Below, one piece after another: positions 40,217 through 48,630 of a stretch of DNA of 59,548 bases. Numbering within the stretch: position 1 is the first letter of the stretch; each line of letters opens with the position of its first letter. The position numbers were made by a program, and so were the translations under genes. The stretch is from Deltaproteobacteria bacterium 13_1_40CM_4_68_19. GTDB taxonomy: Bacteria; Myxococcota; Myxococcia; Myxococcales; 40CM-4-68-19. The stretch spans positions 1 to 59,548 of the forward strand of contig MNFJ01000164.1 of NCBI GenBank assembly GCA_001918155.1, read 5' to 3'. Under the pieces are notes generated by a model. That model saw only the letters and a list, made by a program, of their open reading frames with translations. It was not told where the DNA came from and searched no databases.

Positions 40217-40245
40217 TTGACCACCCCTCCGCCCTGCTTTAGGGT
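40217..40245 (+). promoter_or_regulatory. Candidate promoter upstream of the ECF sigma factor gene
   Basis: TTGACC-N17-TAGGGT ends 10 nt before the TTG start at 40255. This implies either a near-leaderless mRNA or a later start (GTG 40336). Confidence 0.35.
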
Positions 40246-40254
40246 GCCCGGCCC

Positions 40255-40914
40255 TTGGCCGACCTGAACCAGACACAACGCGAACCTGCTCCGGAGGAGC
40301 CCCGCCTGGACGGACAGCCCGGGGACCGGGAGCTGGTGGAGCGCGCGCAGCAGGGCGATGGGGCCGCCTTCGCCATGCTCGTCGAGCGGCACCAGCGCCA
40401 GCTCTACAGGCTCGCGCTGCGGATGACCGGATCGGAAGCGGACGCGCAGGAGGTGCTCCAGGAGGCCTTCCTGAATGCGTACCAGAAGCTTCCGCTGTTC
40501 CGCGGCGAGGCCCAGTTTTCCAGCTGGTTGTACCGGATCGCAGCGAACAGCGCGCTCATGCGTCTGCGGCGCAAGCGGCGGGCGCCCGATACGCTCGCTG
40601 AGCAGCCGCTCGAGCTGGCGGGCCCCCGGTTCTCGGCCGAGGGCTACCTGGAGCCGGCCAGCAGCAGCGACTGGTCGCAGCGCGCGGACGAAAAGATGAT
40701 GTCGGGCGAATTGGGCGCAGCGATCAACAAAGCGGTCGCGGACCTTCCGGACGACTACCGGACGGTGTTCCTGCTCAAGGACGTCGACGGGTTGTCGAAC
40801 GAGGACATCGCGAACGCGCTCGATCTCACGGTCCCGGCGGTGAAAAGCCGGCTGCACCGCGCCCGGCTTGCGCTGCGCGAGAAGCTGGGCGAATTCTTCG
40901 ACGGCGCGAAATGA
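40255..40914 (+). CDS. ECF-type (group 4) sigma-70 family sigma factor
   Basis: Region 2 reads LVERAQQGDGAAFAMLVERHQRQLYRLALRM...EVLQEAFLNAY...FSSWLYRIAANSAL. Region 4 reads DYRTVFLLKDVDGLSNEDIANALDLTVPAVKSRLHRAR. The start is uncertain. Confidence 0.85.
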   Translation: MADLNQTQREPAPEEPRLDGQPGDRELVERAQQGDGAAFAMLVERHQRQLYRLALRMTGSEADAQEVLQEAFLNAYQKLPLFRGEAQFSSWLYRIAANSALMRLRRKRRAPDTLAEQPLELAGPRFSAEGYLEPASSSDWSQRADEKMMSGELGAAINKAVADLPDDYRTVFLLKDVDGLSNEDIANALDLTVPAVKSRLHRARLALREKLGEFFDGAK

Positions 40915-41011
40915 CCCGGAACGCCGAATCCGCATTCCTCGAAGTGCATCTTTGCATGCAGGTCGGCTACGATGCCCAGCCGTCCAGACGACTCCCACCA
41001 GGAAGCGCCCG

Positions 41012-41329
41012 TTGACGACCCAGATTCACCATTGCAAGGAATGCGTCGATCTCCTCGGCGAATACATCGAGGGAACATTATCGCCTGAGCGGGCAAAGGC
41101 GCTGGAAGATCACCTGAGCACTTGTCCGCCCTGCATCACCTTCGTCCGCACGTATCGCGCGACCCGCAAGCTTTGCCGGCACGCGCTCGCGACGGAGATG
41201 CCGAAGGAGCTGATGACCTCGCTCACCTCGTTCCTCGGCAAACACGTGCCCGGGTTCCCTTGCACGAAGAGCGAGACGGCGGCGCCTTCCCTGGCGACGA
41301 CCGCCGACAGCGGACCGAAGAAGGTCTAG
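41012..41329 (+). CDS. Soluble zinc-binding anti-sigma factor (ZAS, zf-HC2)
   Basis: The TTG start has AGGAAG 6 nt upstream. The sequence ...HHCKECVDLLGEYIEGTLSPERAKALEDHLSTCPPC has the Hx3Cx2C signature. No TM segment is present. Confidence 0.65.
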   Translation: MTTQIHHCKECVDLLGEYIEGTLSPERAKALEDHLSTCPPCITFVRTYRATRKLCRHALATEMPKELMTSLTSFLGKHVPGFPCTKSETAAPSLATTADSGPKKV

Positions 41330-41438
41330 TCGCGGCCGCCGAAATCTGTTCCAGTCCCGCTCACGACCACCGTTCACTTGACACCACGAACGTAGCCCTT
41401 TGCCGCCTTGGAGCGGCCGGGGCCAGGAAACTGCCTTC

Positions 41439-43844
41439 ATGAACATCGATCGCGACGCCCTTCTCTCCGCGCTGCGCCGCGCGCGCGGGAAAGGGCTGTC
41501 ACTCAAGGAGCTCTTCGGGCAGCTCCATCTCGGACATGCCCATCGGCATCCGCTGCGCCGCGCCCTGTCCAGCCTCTTGAAGGAGGGGCGAGCCAGCTAT
41601 GACGGGCATGTCTACCGCGAGGTGCGCAACGGCGCCGACGACGGCGATCGCCGCAAGGAAGTCCGGGATGCGCGGCGGCCGCAGCCGCGCCGGACGCCGG
41701 CCGCCATGCTCGAGGGCGCGCGCATGCACCGCAAGGGGCAGCCGGCGGACGTCGTGCGCAAGCCCGGAGCGGAAGTCACCGGAGTCATCCACCTCAAGGC
41801 CGAAGGGTACGGCTTCGTCTCCCCGCTACTCGGCAACGGCGGGCGCGAGAACGATCTCTTCATCCCTCCGCAGCACGTCAGGGGAGCGCTCGACGGCGAC
41901 GTCGTTCGCGCCAAGGCCATCCGGGGACGCGATGGTCGGCTGGCGGGAGAAGTCCTCGAGGTCGTCGAGCGCCGCCGCCAGCTCGCGCTCGGGATCTACC
42001 AGGCCAAGGGGAAGGCGCAGTGGGTGATTCCCCACGACCGCAACCTCTCCGAAAACATCGCGGTCTCCCGCCATCCCCGGGCGAAGGACGGCGACATGGT
42101 GAAGGTGCGCCTCCATCGCGAGATCCAGGGAGCGCTGCAGGGCGAGATCATCGCGGTGCTCGGCAACCGTGGCGATCCGCGCTTCGAGATCCTGGCCAGC
42201 GCCTACGCCGAGGGATTCGCCGACGAATTCGATCCGGCGACGCTGATCGCCGCGCAGAGCGTGCCCGATCACGTGCACCCCGAGGAGATCGTCGGGCGGC
42301 GCGATCTGCGACACCTGCCGCTGGTGACCATCGATGGCGAGGACGCGCGCGATTTCGACGACGCCGTCCATGTCTCGCGTACGCCAGGTGGCTACCGCCT
42401 GCTGGTCGCGATCGCCGACGTGGCGCATTACGTCCGCCCCGGGGGACCGCTCGACCGCGAAGCGCTCCGCCGCGCCAACAGCGTCTACTTCCCGGGAGCG
42501 GTCCTGCCCATGCTTCCCGAACGCCTCTCGAACGGCATCTGCTCGCTCAATCCGGACGTCGACCGGCTGTGCATGGTCTGCGACCTGGCGTTGGACAAGA
42601 GCGGAAAGCCGCTGCAGACGGACATCTACGAAGCCGTGATGCGCAGCCACGCGCGGCTCACGTACACCCGCGTCGCCGAGGCGCTGGGCGGTGACTCCGA
42701 TCCCGAGCTCCGGTCGCTCCTCGACGAGCTGACGGTCGCCCACGAGCTGTCGAAGAAGCTCACCAGGCAGCGGCAGGCGCGTGGCAGCATCGACTTCGAT
42801 CTGCCCGAGGCGAAGATCGTGCTCGACGAGCAGGGCAGGGTGGCGGAGATCGTGCGCCGTCCGCGCAACGATGCACACCGGCTGGTGGAGGAGTTCATGC
42901 TCGCCGCCAACGAGGGCGTGGCCCGCTTCTTCGAGGTGCGCGGATTGCCTACCGTCTATCGGATCCACGACCAGCCGGACCGGGAGAAGCTGGACGCGTT
43001 CGCGGCGCTGGCGCGGTCGCACGGATTCGAGCTGCCCTCCGGCGACGAGTTGACGCCCGCGGTGCTCAACCGCTTCCTCCAGGCAGTGGACGGGAAGCCC
43101 GCGCAGAAAGCCCTCAACTCGCTCCTGCTGCGCGCGATGATGCAGGCCCAGTACAGCCCGGACAACATCGGCCACTACGGCCTCGCCGCGCCGACCTACC
43201 TGCACTTCACCTCGCCCATCCGGCGCTATCCCGATCTCATGGTGCACCGGCTGCTCAAAGAGCACTGGGCGCGCGGCGGCCGGCCGCTGAGCGAGCGTGA
43301 GCGAGAGGAGCAGGAAGGGTATCTGGCCGGCGTCGCCGCGCAGTGCTCGGATCGGGAGCGCGCGGCGATGAAGGTCGAGCGAGACGTCGACGGCTTCTAC
43401 TCGGCGCTCTACATGCAAGACAAGGTGGGCGACAAGTTCAAGGCGGTCGTTTCCGGAGTGGCCGAGTTCGGCCTCTTCTGCGAGCTCGAGGAGATGTTCG
43501 TGGAGGGACTCGTCCCGGCGGAGTCGCTCGGCGAGGGGGTCGAGCTGGACAAGGAGATGCAACGGCTCGTGGTCGGCTCGTCGGGACGAAGCTATTCCAT
43601 CGGAGACGAAGTATCCGTGGAAGTGATCTCCGCGGATCCTGCGCGCCGCCGGATCACGCTGGCGCTCGTGCAGAGCGGGGCCCCGCCGCAGCGCTGGCTC
43701 ACGCCCGAGGACATCGCTACGACGCAGTCGAAGCCGCGCCGGCAGGACCCGCGGGCTGCTGCGCCATCGCCGCGTCGGCCTCCGCGCGGGTCACCGCCTG
43801 GCCGCCCGTCTCGTCGTAGAGGAACACGAGGCGGCGGTCGATGA
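41439..43844 (+). CDS. rnr: Ribonuclease R
   Basis: The internal ATG gives MNIDRDALL.... It has cold-shock-like domains, an RNB catalytic domain (TIDGEDARDFDDAV, SPIRRYPDLMVHR), an S1 domain and a basic tail. Confidence 0.9.
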   Translation: MNIDRDALLSALRRARGKGLSLKELFGQLHLGHAHRHPLRRALSSLLKEGRASYDGHVYREVRNGADDGDRRKEVRDARRPQPRRTPAAMLEGARMHRKGQPADVVRKPGAEVTGVIHLKAEGYGFVSPLLGNGGRENDLFIPPQHVRGALDGDVVRAKAIRGRDGRLAGEVLEVVERRRQLALGIYQAKGKAQWVIPHDRNLSENIAVSRHPRAKDGDMVKVRLHREIQGALQGEIIAVLGNRGDPRFEILASAYAEGFADEFDPATLIAAQSVPDHVHPEEIVGRRDLRHLPLVTIDGEDARDFDDAVHVSRTPGGYRLLVAIADVAHYVRPGGPLDREALRRANSVYFPGAVLPMLPERLSNGICSLNPDVDRLCMVCDLALDKSGKPLQTDIYEAVMRSHARLTYTRVAEALGGDSDPELRSLLDELTVAHELSKKLTRQRQARGSIDFDLPEAKIVLDEQGRVAEIVRRPRNDAHRLVEEFMLAANEGVARFFEVRGLPTVYRIHDQPDREKLDAFAALARSHGFELPSGDELTPAVLNRFLQAVDGKPAQKALNSLLLRAMMQAQYSPDNIGHYGLAAPTYLHFTSPIRRYPDLMVHRLLKEHWARGGRPLSEREREEQEGYLAGVAAQCSDRERAAMKVERDVDGFYSALYMQDKVGDKFKAVVSGVAEFGLFCELEEMFVEGLVPAESLGEGVELDKEMQRLVVGSSGRSYSIGDEVSVEVISADPARRRITLALVQSGAPPQRWLTPEDIATTQSKPRRQDPRAAAPSPRRPPRGSPPGRPSRRRGTRGGGR

Positions 43845-44013
43845 AGGGCCGGAAGTAGGCGGGCCACCCTACGCGCACCTCGCTCTCCTTCACGTCATCG
43901 CGGGACGCCAGGCGGACCTGGGCAGCGTCCGCGCGGGAAGCTACGGGAAACAGGCGAAGGCGGCCGGCGAAGTGGATGATCTCCCCATGGTCGGTGGTGG
44001 CTTTCTTCGGCAT
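43717..44013 (-). CDS. Hypothetical 98-aa protein
   Basis: Third-position GC is high. Translation begins MPKKATTDHGEIIHFAGRLRLFPV.... Its 3' end overlaps the rnr 3' end by 128 nt. No family was recognised. Confidence 0.6.
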   Translation of the reverse strand: MPKKATTDHGEIIHFAGRLRLFPVASRADAAQVRLASRDDVKESEVRVGWPAYFRPFIDRRLVFLYDETGGQAVTRAEADAAMAQQPAGPAGAASTAS

Positions 44014-44090
44014 GCGCCCGCTCTATCCCAGCGGCAACTCGCGCGCAATCGCTGCTTGCTATCGGATCCACGACGCGTAAAAGGGGGCCC

Positions 44091-45587
44091 GTGGCACACA
44101 AGTTCGACCTTGGGCGGAGGACCGGCATCCTCTTGCCCCTCTCCACGCTGCGCGGCAGTGCGGGCGATCTGGGAAGCTACGCCGACGCGGGCCGGGTGGC
44201 GGACTGGCTGCTCGGGGCGCGCTGCACGCTCTGGCAGCACCTTCCCCTGAACGAAGTGTCGCCCGGCCAGGACAGCCCCTACGCCGCCTCGAGCTCCTTC
44301 GCGCTCGAGCCCGTCTACGTCGATCTGCGCGCCATCCCCGACCTCGAGAATCTCGCGTCCGACGAGGAGGTGGAGCTCGGGCGCTTGCGGCGGCAGGCTC
44401 GCGTCGACTTCGAGGGGTACCGCAGGGTGAAGCGGGCCGCCCTGCGGCGCGCCTTCGGGCGGTTCCGCGAGCGTGAGCGCGGCACCGATCGGATCGAGGA
44501 TTGGGCGCTCTACCGCGCGCTGCACGACGAGCGCCGCAAGAGCTGGCGCGACTGGGAACCCGGATTGCGCGACCGCGACCCCGGCGCGCTCGAGGAAGCG
44601 CGAGCCCGCCTGCGCGAGACCATCGACGAGCTCTGCTACGTGCAGTGGGTCGCCGACTCGCAGTGGCGGGCAGGGCGGGCCGAGGCGAACGGAAAGGGCG
44701 TGAAGATCCTCGGCGATCTGCCGTTCATGGTGGCCGAGGATTCCTCGGACGCCTGGAGCTTGCAGCGCTTCTTCCGGTTCGACGCCACGGTCGGAGTCCC
44801 GCCCGATGCGTACGCGGCGGAGGGTCAGGATTGGGGACTTCCGGTGCCGCGCTGGGAGGAGATGCGCAGCGCGGGCGATCCCTGGCTGCGCCAGCGCGCG
44901 GAACGGGCGGCGGAGTTGTACGACGTCTTTCGCGTCGATCACGTGGTCGGCCTGTACCGGACGTACGCCCGGCCGCTCGACAAGGGCCCGCCGTTCTTCA
45001 TTCCCTCCGACGAGCCGAGGCAGCGAGAGCAGGGGGAGCGCATCCTCGCCCTCCTCGGCGAGAAGGCGGAGGTGCTGGCGGAGGATCTGGGGGTGGTGCC
45101 GGACTTCGTCCGCGCTTCTCTCGCGAGGCAGGAGATCCCCGGCACGAAGGTGCTGCGCTGGGAGAATGACCTGGGTGTTCCGCGCGACGTCGCGCGGTTT
45201 CCGCGCGTGTCGGTCGCTGTGACCGGAACGCACGACACGGAATCGCTTTCGACCTGGTGGGAGGGGCTGGAGGATGGGGAGCGCGAGCACCAGCTGCGCC
45301 AGCCGATGCTCGCGCCCCTGCGCGGTCCTTCGGAGAAGAAGTTCATCCCTCAGACGAAGACGGCCTTGCTGGAGCTCGCCTTCTCGTCTTCCAGCGACGC
45401 CCTGCTCATCCCCATCACCGATGCCCTCGGTTGGCAGGACCGGATGAATGCGCCGGGTACGGTCGGCACGCACAACTGGACCTTCCGGCTGCCCTGGTCG
45501 CTGCCCGACCTGTTTTCCGCGCCCGTCCCCGTGGCAGTAGCGCGGGAGCTTGCACATCTTGCTGAGCGGTACGGCCGCACGCGATGA
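44091..45587 (+). CDS. malQ: 4-alpha-glucanotransferase (amylomaltase, GH77)
   Basis: The GTG start has AAGGGGG upstream. GH77 blocks are present: GILLPLSTL, SPY...SSFA..P.Y, DLPF, FRVDHVVGL, GEDLG.VP and TGTHDT. Confidence 0.9.
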   Translation: MAHKFDLGRRTGILLPLSTLRGSAGDLGSYADAGRVADWLLGARCTLWQHLPLNEVSPGQDSPYAASSSFALEPVYVDLRAIPDLENLASDEEVELGRLRRQARVDFEGYRRVKRAALRRAFGRFRERERGTDRIEDWALYRALHDERRKSWRDWEPGLRDRDPGALEEARARLRETIDELCYVQWVADSQWRAGRAEANGKGVKILGDLPFMVAEDSSDAWSLQRFFRFDATVGVPPDAYAAEGQDWGLPVPRWEEMRSAGDPWLRQRAERAAELYDVFRVDHVVGLYRTYARPLDKGPPFFIPSDEPRQREQGERILALLGEKAEVLAEDLGVVPDFVRASLARQEIPGTKVLRWENDLGVPRDVARFPRVSVAVTGTHDTESLSTWWEGLEDGEREHQLRQPMLAPLRGPSEKKFIPQTKTALLELAFSSSSDALLIPITDALGWQDRMNAPGTVGTHNWTFRLPWSLPDLFSAPVPVAVARELAHLAERYGRTR

Positions 45588-45630
45588 ATGGGAGCGTTGT
45601 GCCCGCGGCCTGGCTCGCCCGGGAGGCGGA

Positions 45631-48630
45631 ATGAGGGTGCAGCGGGAGATCGTGCGGCAGCAGGCCCACCGCTTGCTCGACGAGGTGGCGGCCGAGCTTG
45701 CGGCAGCCCGGCAGCCGCTCGCGACCTACCGCGTGCAGCTGCACGCGGGCTTCACCTTCGAGGGCGCGGCCGCGATCGCACGCTATCTCGCCGAGCTCGG
45801 CATCACCGACCTGTACACCAGCCCGATCCTCAGGGCGGCGCCCGGATCGATGCACGGGTACGACGTCCTCGACTACGGCTCGATCAACCCCGAGCTGGGC
45901 GGGGACGAAGGGTACGAGCGCCTGGCCCGTGCGCTGCACGAGGCGGGTCTGGGGCACGTGCTCGACATCGTGCCGAACCACATGGGCGTCGGCTCGGGCA
46001 ACGCGCTCTGGCTCGACCTGCTGGAGAACGGCCCTTCCGCGCAGGGAGCGAAGTTCTTCGACATCGAGTGGCACCCGGTGAAAGAGGAGCTCGCCGGCAA
46101 GGTGTTGGTGCCGGTCCTCGGCGACCGCTACGGCGCGGTCCTCGAGCGCGGCGAGATCCAGCTCGAGCTCCACGAGGGAGCCTTCCGGGTCCGCTACTAC
46201 GATCACGTGTTTCCCGTGAACCCCCGCTCCTACGGCCAGATCCTCGGCCACCGCATCGAGGAGCTGGAGAAGAAGCTGGGCAAGAGCGAGGCGCTGGACG
46301 AGCTGAAGAGCATCATCTTCGTGCTCGAGCACATGCCGTCGCGGCATGAGCAGGATCCGGCGCGGCAGGAGGAGCGGCGGCGCGAGAAGGAAGTGGTCAA
46401 GCGCCGCGTGGCAGCGCTCTGCGCCTCGAGTGCCGCCGTGCGTGAACACCTGGAAGAGAACGTCCGGATCTTCAACGGCACCACGGGAAAGCCGCGCAGC
46501 TTCGATCTGCTGGACAAGCTCCTCGACGCCCAGGTGTACCGGCTCGCGCACTGGCGCGTCTCGTCCGAGGAGATCAACTACCGCCGGTTCTTCGACATCA
46601 ACTCGCTCGCCGCGGTGCGGATGGAGGATCCGGAGGTGTTCGAGCACGCCCACCGCCTGCCGCTGCGGCTTCTCGCGGAAGGCAAGATCAACGGGCTGCG
46701 CGTCGATCACCCGGATGGGCTCGCCTACCCGCGGCGGTACTTCCGGCTGCTGCAGGACGCGCGGATCGTGCAGCGCGCCCAGGCTCGCGCGCAGCAGCGG
46801 GGCCTCTCCTGGGGAGAGCTGGAGGCGGAGGTGCGCGAGGAGGTCGGCCAGAGCAGCGACCCCCGCCTGCAGCGGCCGCTCCATGTCGTCGCCGAGAAGA
46901 TCCTCGGGCGCACGGAGACGCTTCCCGCAAGCTGGGCGGTCGCGGGGACCACCGGCTACGATTTCCTCAACTCGCTGAACGGCATCTTCGTCGCCCGGGA
47001 GAACGCGGAGAATCTGCAGAAGATCTACTTCCGGTTCATCCACGGGGTGATCGACTTCGCCGATCTCGTCTACCAGAAGAAGAAGCTGATCCTCTACACC
47101 GCGATGGCGTCGGAGATGAACCTCCTCGCCCGCCAGCTGAACCGGATCTCGGAGGGCAACCGCTGGACGCGCGACTTCACCCTCTACGCGCTTCGCTCGG
47201 CGCTGATCGAGGTGATCGCCTGCTTCCCGGTGTACCGCTCGTACATCGAGGAGCCCGGCCACGTGGACGAGCGGGACCGCAACTACATCTTCCAGGCGGT
47301 GGCCTGCGCGAGGCGGCGGAATCCGACGGAGAACGCCAGCATCTACGACTTCATCGGCAGCATCCTGTTGCAGAAGTTCGCTGCGTACGTGGAGGAGAGC
47401 GAGCGGCCCGCGCAGCACGCCTTCGCGGTCAAGCTGCAGCAAGTGCTCGGCCCGGTGATGGCGAAGGGCCTGGAGGACACCGCCTTCTACGTCTACAACC
47501 GGCTGGTCTCGCTGAACGAGGTGGGCGGGGAGCCGGAGCACTTCGGGAACACCGTCGAGTCGTTCCACGAGCAGAACGCCCAGCGCGCCCGGAAGTGGCC
47601 GCGCTCCCTGCTCGCCACCGCCACCCACGATACCAAGCGCGGCGAGGACACCCGCGTGCGCATCGACGCGCTCTCCGAGCTGCCGGACGACTGGCGCAAG
47701 ACCGCCATCGCCTTCGCCCGAAGGACCGAGAAGCTGCGGCGCGAAGTGGACGGCCGGTTCGCGCCGGACCGCAACGAGCAGATGCTCCTGCTGCAGACGC
47801 TGATCGGCGCCTGGCCCATGCGCGTCGAGGAGCTGCCGCTGCTGCGCGATCGCCTGATCCCGTACATCATCAAGGCCGCCAAGGAGGCGAAGACCAACAC
47901 CAGCTGGATCCAGGAGGACCAGCGGTGGGAGGAGGCGCTTCGCGCCTACGTCGAGGGGCTGTTCGCGCTCCCGCTTCGCCATCCGCTCTGGAAGGGGCTG
48001 CAGCCGTTCGCCGGGCGGATCTGCGAGATCGGGATGCACAACTCGCTGTCGCAAGTGGTGCTCAAGATCGCCTCTCCCGGCGTACCGGACTTCTACCAGG
48101 GGACCGAGCTCTGGGACCTGTCGCTGGTGGATCCCGACAATCGCAGGCCGGTGGATTTCGAGTCGCGCAAACGGATCCTCGAGGGCCTGCGCGCTTCCGC
48201 GCTCTCCCGTGACGAGCTGGCGCGAGAGCTCTACGCGAGCTGGCGCGACGGACGCATCAAGCTGTTCCTGACGCACGCGGCGCTCCAGGCGCGCAAGGAT
48301 CGGTCCAGCGTGTTCGCCGGAGGCGGTTACGTTCCGCTCGCGCCGGAGGGTTCGCGGGCGGCGAACCTCTGCGCGTTCGCGCGCACCGGACGCGATGGAG
48401 ACATCGCCATCGCCGTGGCGCCGAGGCTGGTTGCCGGGCTGCTCGACGCCGCGCGGCTGCCTCCGGAAAGGTTCTCGGGGACCTTCCTGCCCGTCCCGGG
48501 GGTGAAGGCTGGCGCGGTGCTACAGGACGCGTTCACCGGGAAGGAGCGCACCGTGACCGAGCGCGGCCTCGCGGTCGATCAGCTCTTTTCCACCTTGCCC
48601 GTCGCGCTCCTCACGATGCAGAGGAGTTGA
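45631..48630 (+). CDS. treY: Malto-oligosyltrehalose synthase
   Basis: The internal ATG follows GGAGG. The blocks are ATYRVQLH..FTF......YL..LGI..LY.SPIL.A..GS.HGYDV.D...INPELGG, IVPNHMGV and the typical LR.DH.DGL region. Confidence 0.9.
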   Translation: MRVQREIVRQQAHRLLDEVAAELAAARQPLATYRVQLHAGFTFEGAAAIARYLAELGITDLYTSPILRAAPGSMHGYDVLDYGSINPELGGDEGYERLARALHEAGLGHVLDIVPNHMGVGSGNALWLDLLENGPSAQGAKFFDIEWHPVKEELAGKVLVPVLGDRYGAVLERGEIQLELHEGAFRVRYYDHVFPVNPRSYGQILGHRIEELEKKLGKSEALDELKSIIFVLEHMPSRHEQDPARQEERRREKEVVKRRVAALCASSAAVREHLEENVRIFNGTTGKPRSFDLLDKLLDAQVYRLAHWRVSSEEINYRRFFDINSLAAVRMEDPEVFEHAHRLPLRLLAEGKINGLRVDHPDGLAYPRRYFRLLQDARIVQRAQARAQQRGLSWGELEAEVREEVGQSSDPRLQRPLHVVAEKILGRTETLPASWAVAGTTGYDFLNSLNGIFVARENAENLQKIYFRFIHGVIDFADLVYQKKKLILYTAMASEMNLLARQLNRISEGNRWTRDFTLYALRSALIEVIACFPVYRSYIEEPGHVDERDRNYIFQAVACARRRNPTENASIYDFIGSILLQKFAAYVEESERPAQHAFAVKLQQVLGPVMAKGLEDTAFYVYNRLVSLNEVGGEPEHFGNTVESFHEQNAQRARKWPRSLLATATHDTKRGEDTRVRIDALSELPDDWRKTAIAFARRTEKLRREVDGRFAPDRNEQMLLLQTLIGAWPMRVEELPLLRDRLIPYIIKAAKEAKTNTSWIQEDQRWEEALRAYVEGLFALPLRHPLWKGLQPFAGRICEIGMHNSLSQVVLKIASPGVPDFYQGTELWDLSLVDPDNRRPVDFESRKRILEGLRASALSRDELARELYASWRDGRIKLFLTHAALQARKDRSSVFAGGGYVPLAPEGSRAANLCAFARTGRDGDIAIAVAPRLVAGLLDAARLPPERFSGTFLPVPGVKAGAVLQDAFTGKERTVTERGLAVDQLFSTLPVALLTMQRS

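Noticed and set aside
40960-41015. 19-codon upstream ORF ending in a TTGA overlap with the anti-sigma start
   Set aside because: It has mixed third-position composition and no RBS. It is probably a coincidence in a spacer region.
45415-48276. 953-aa minus-strand ORF antisense to treY
   Set aside because: The plus strand has clear TreY blocks. The antisense product is low-complexity and has no motif support.
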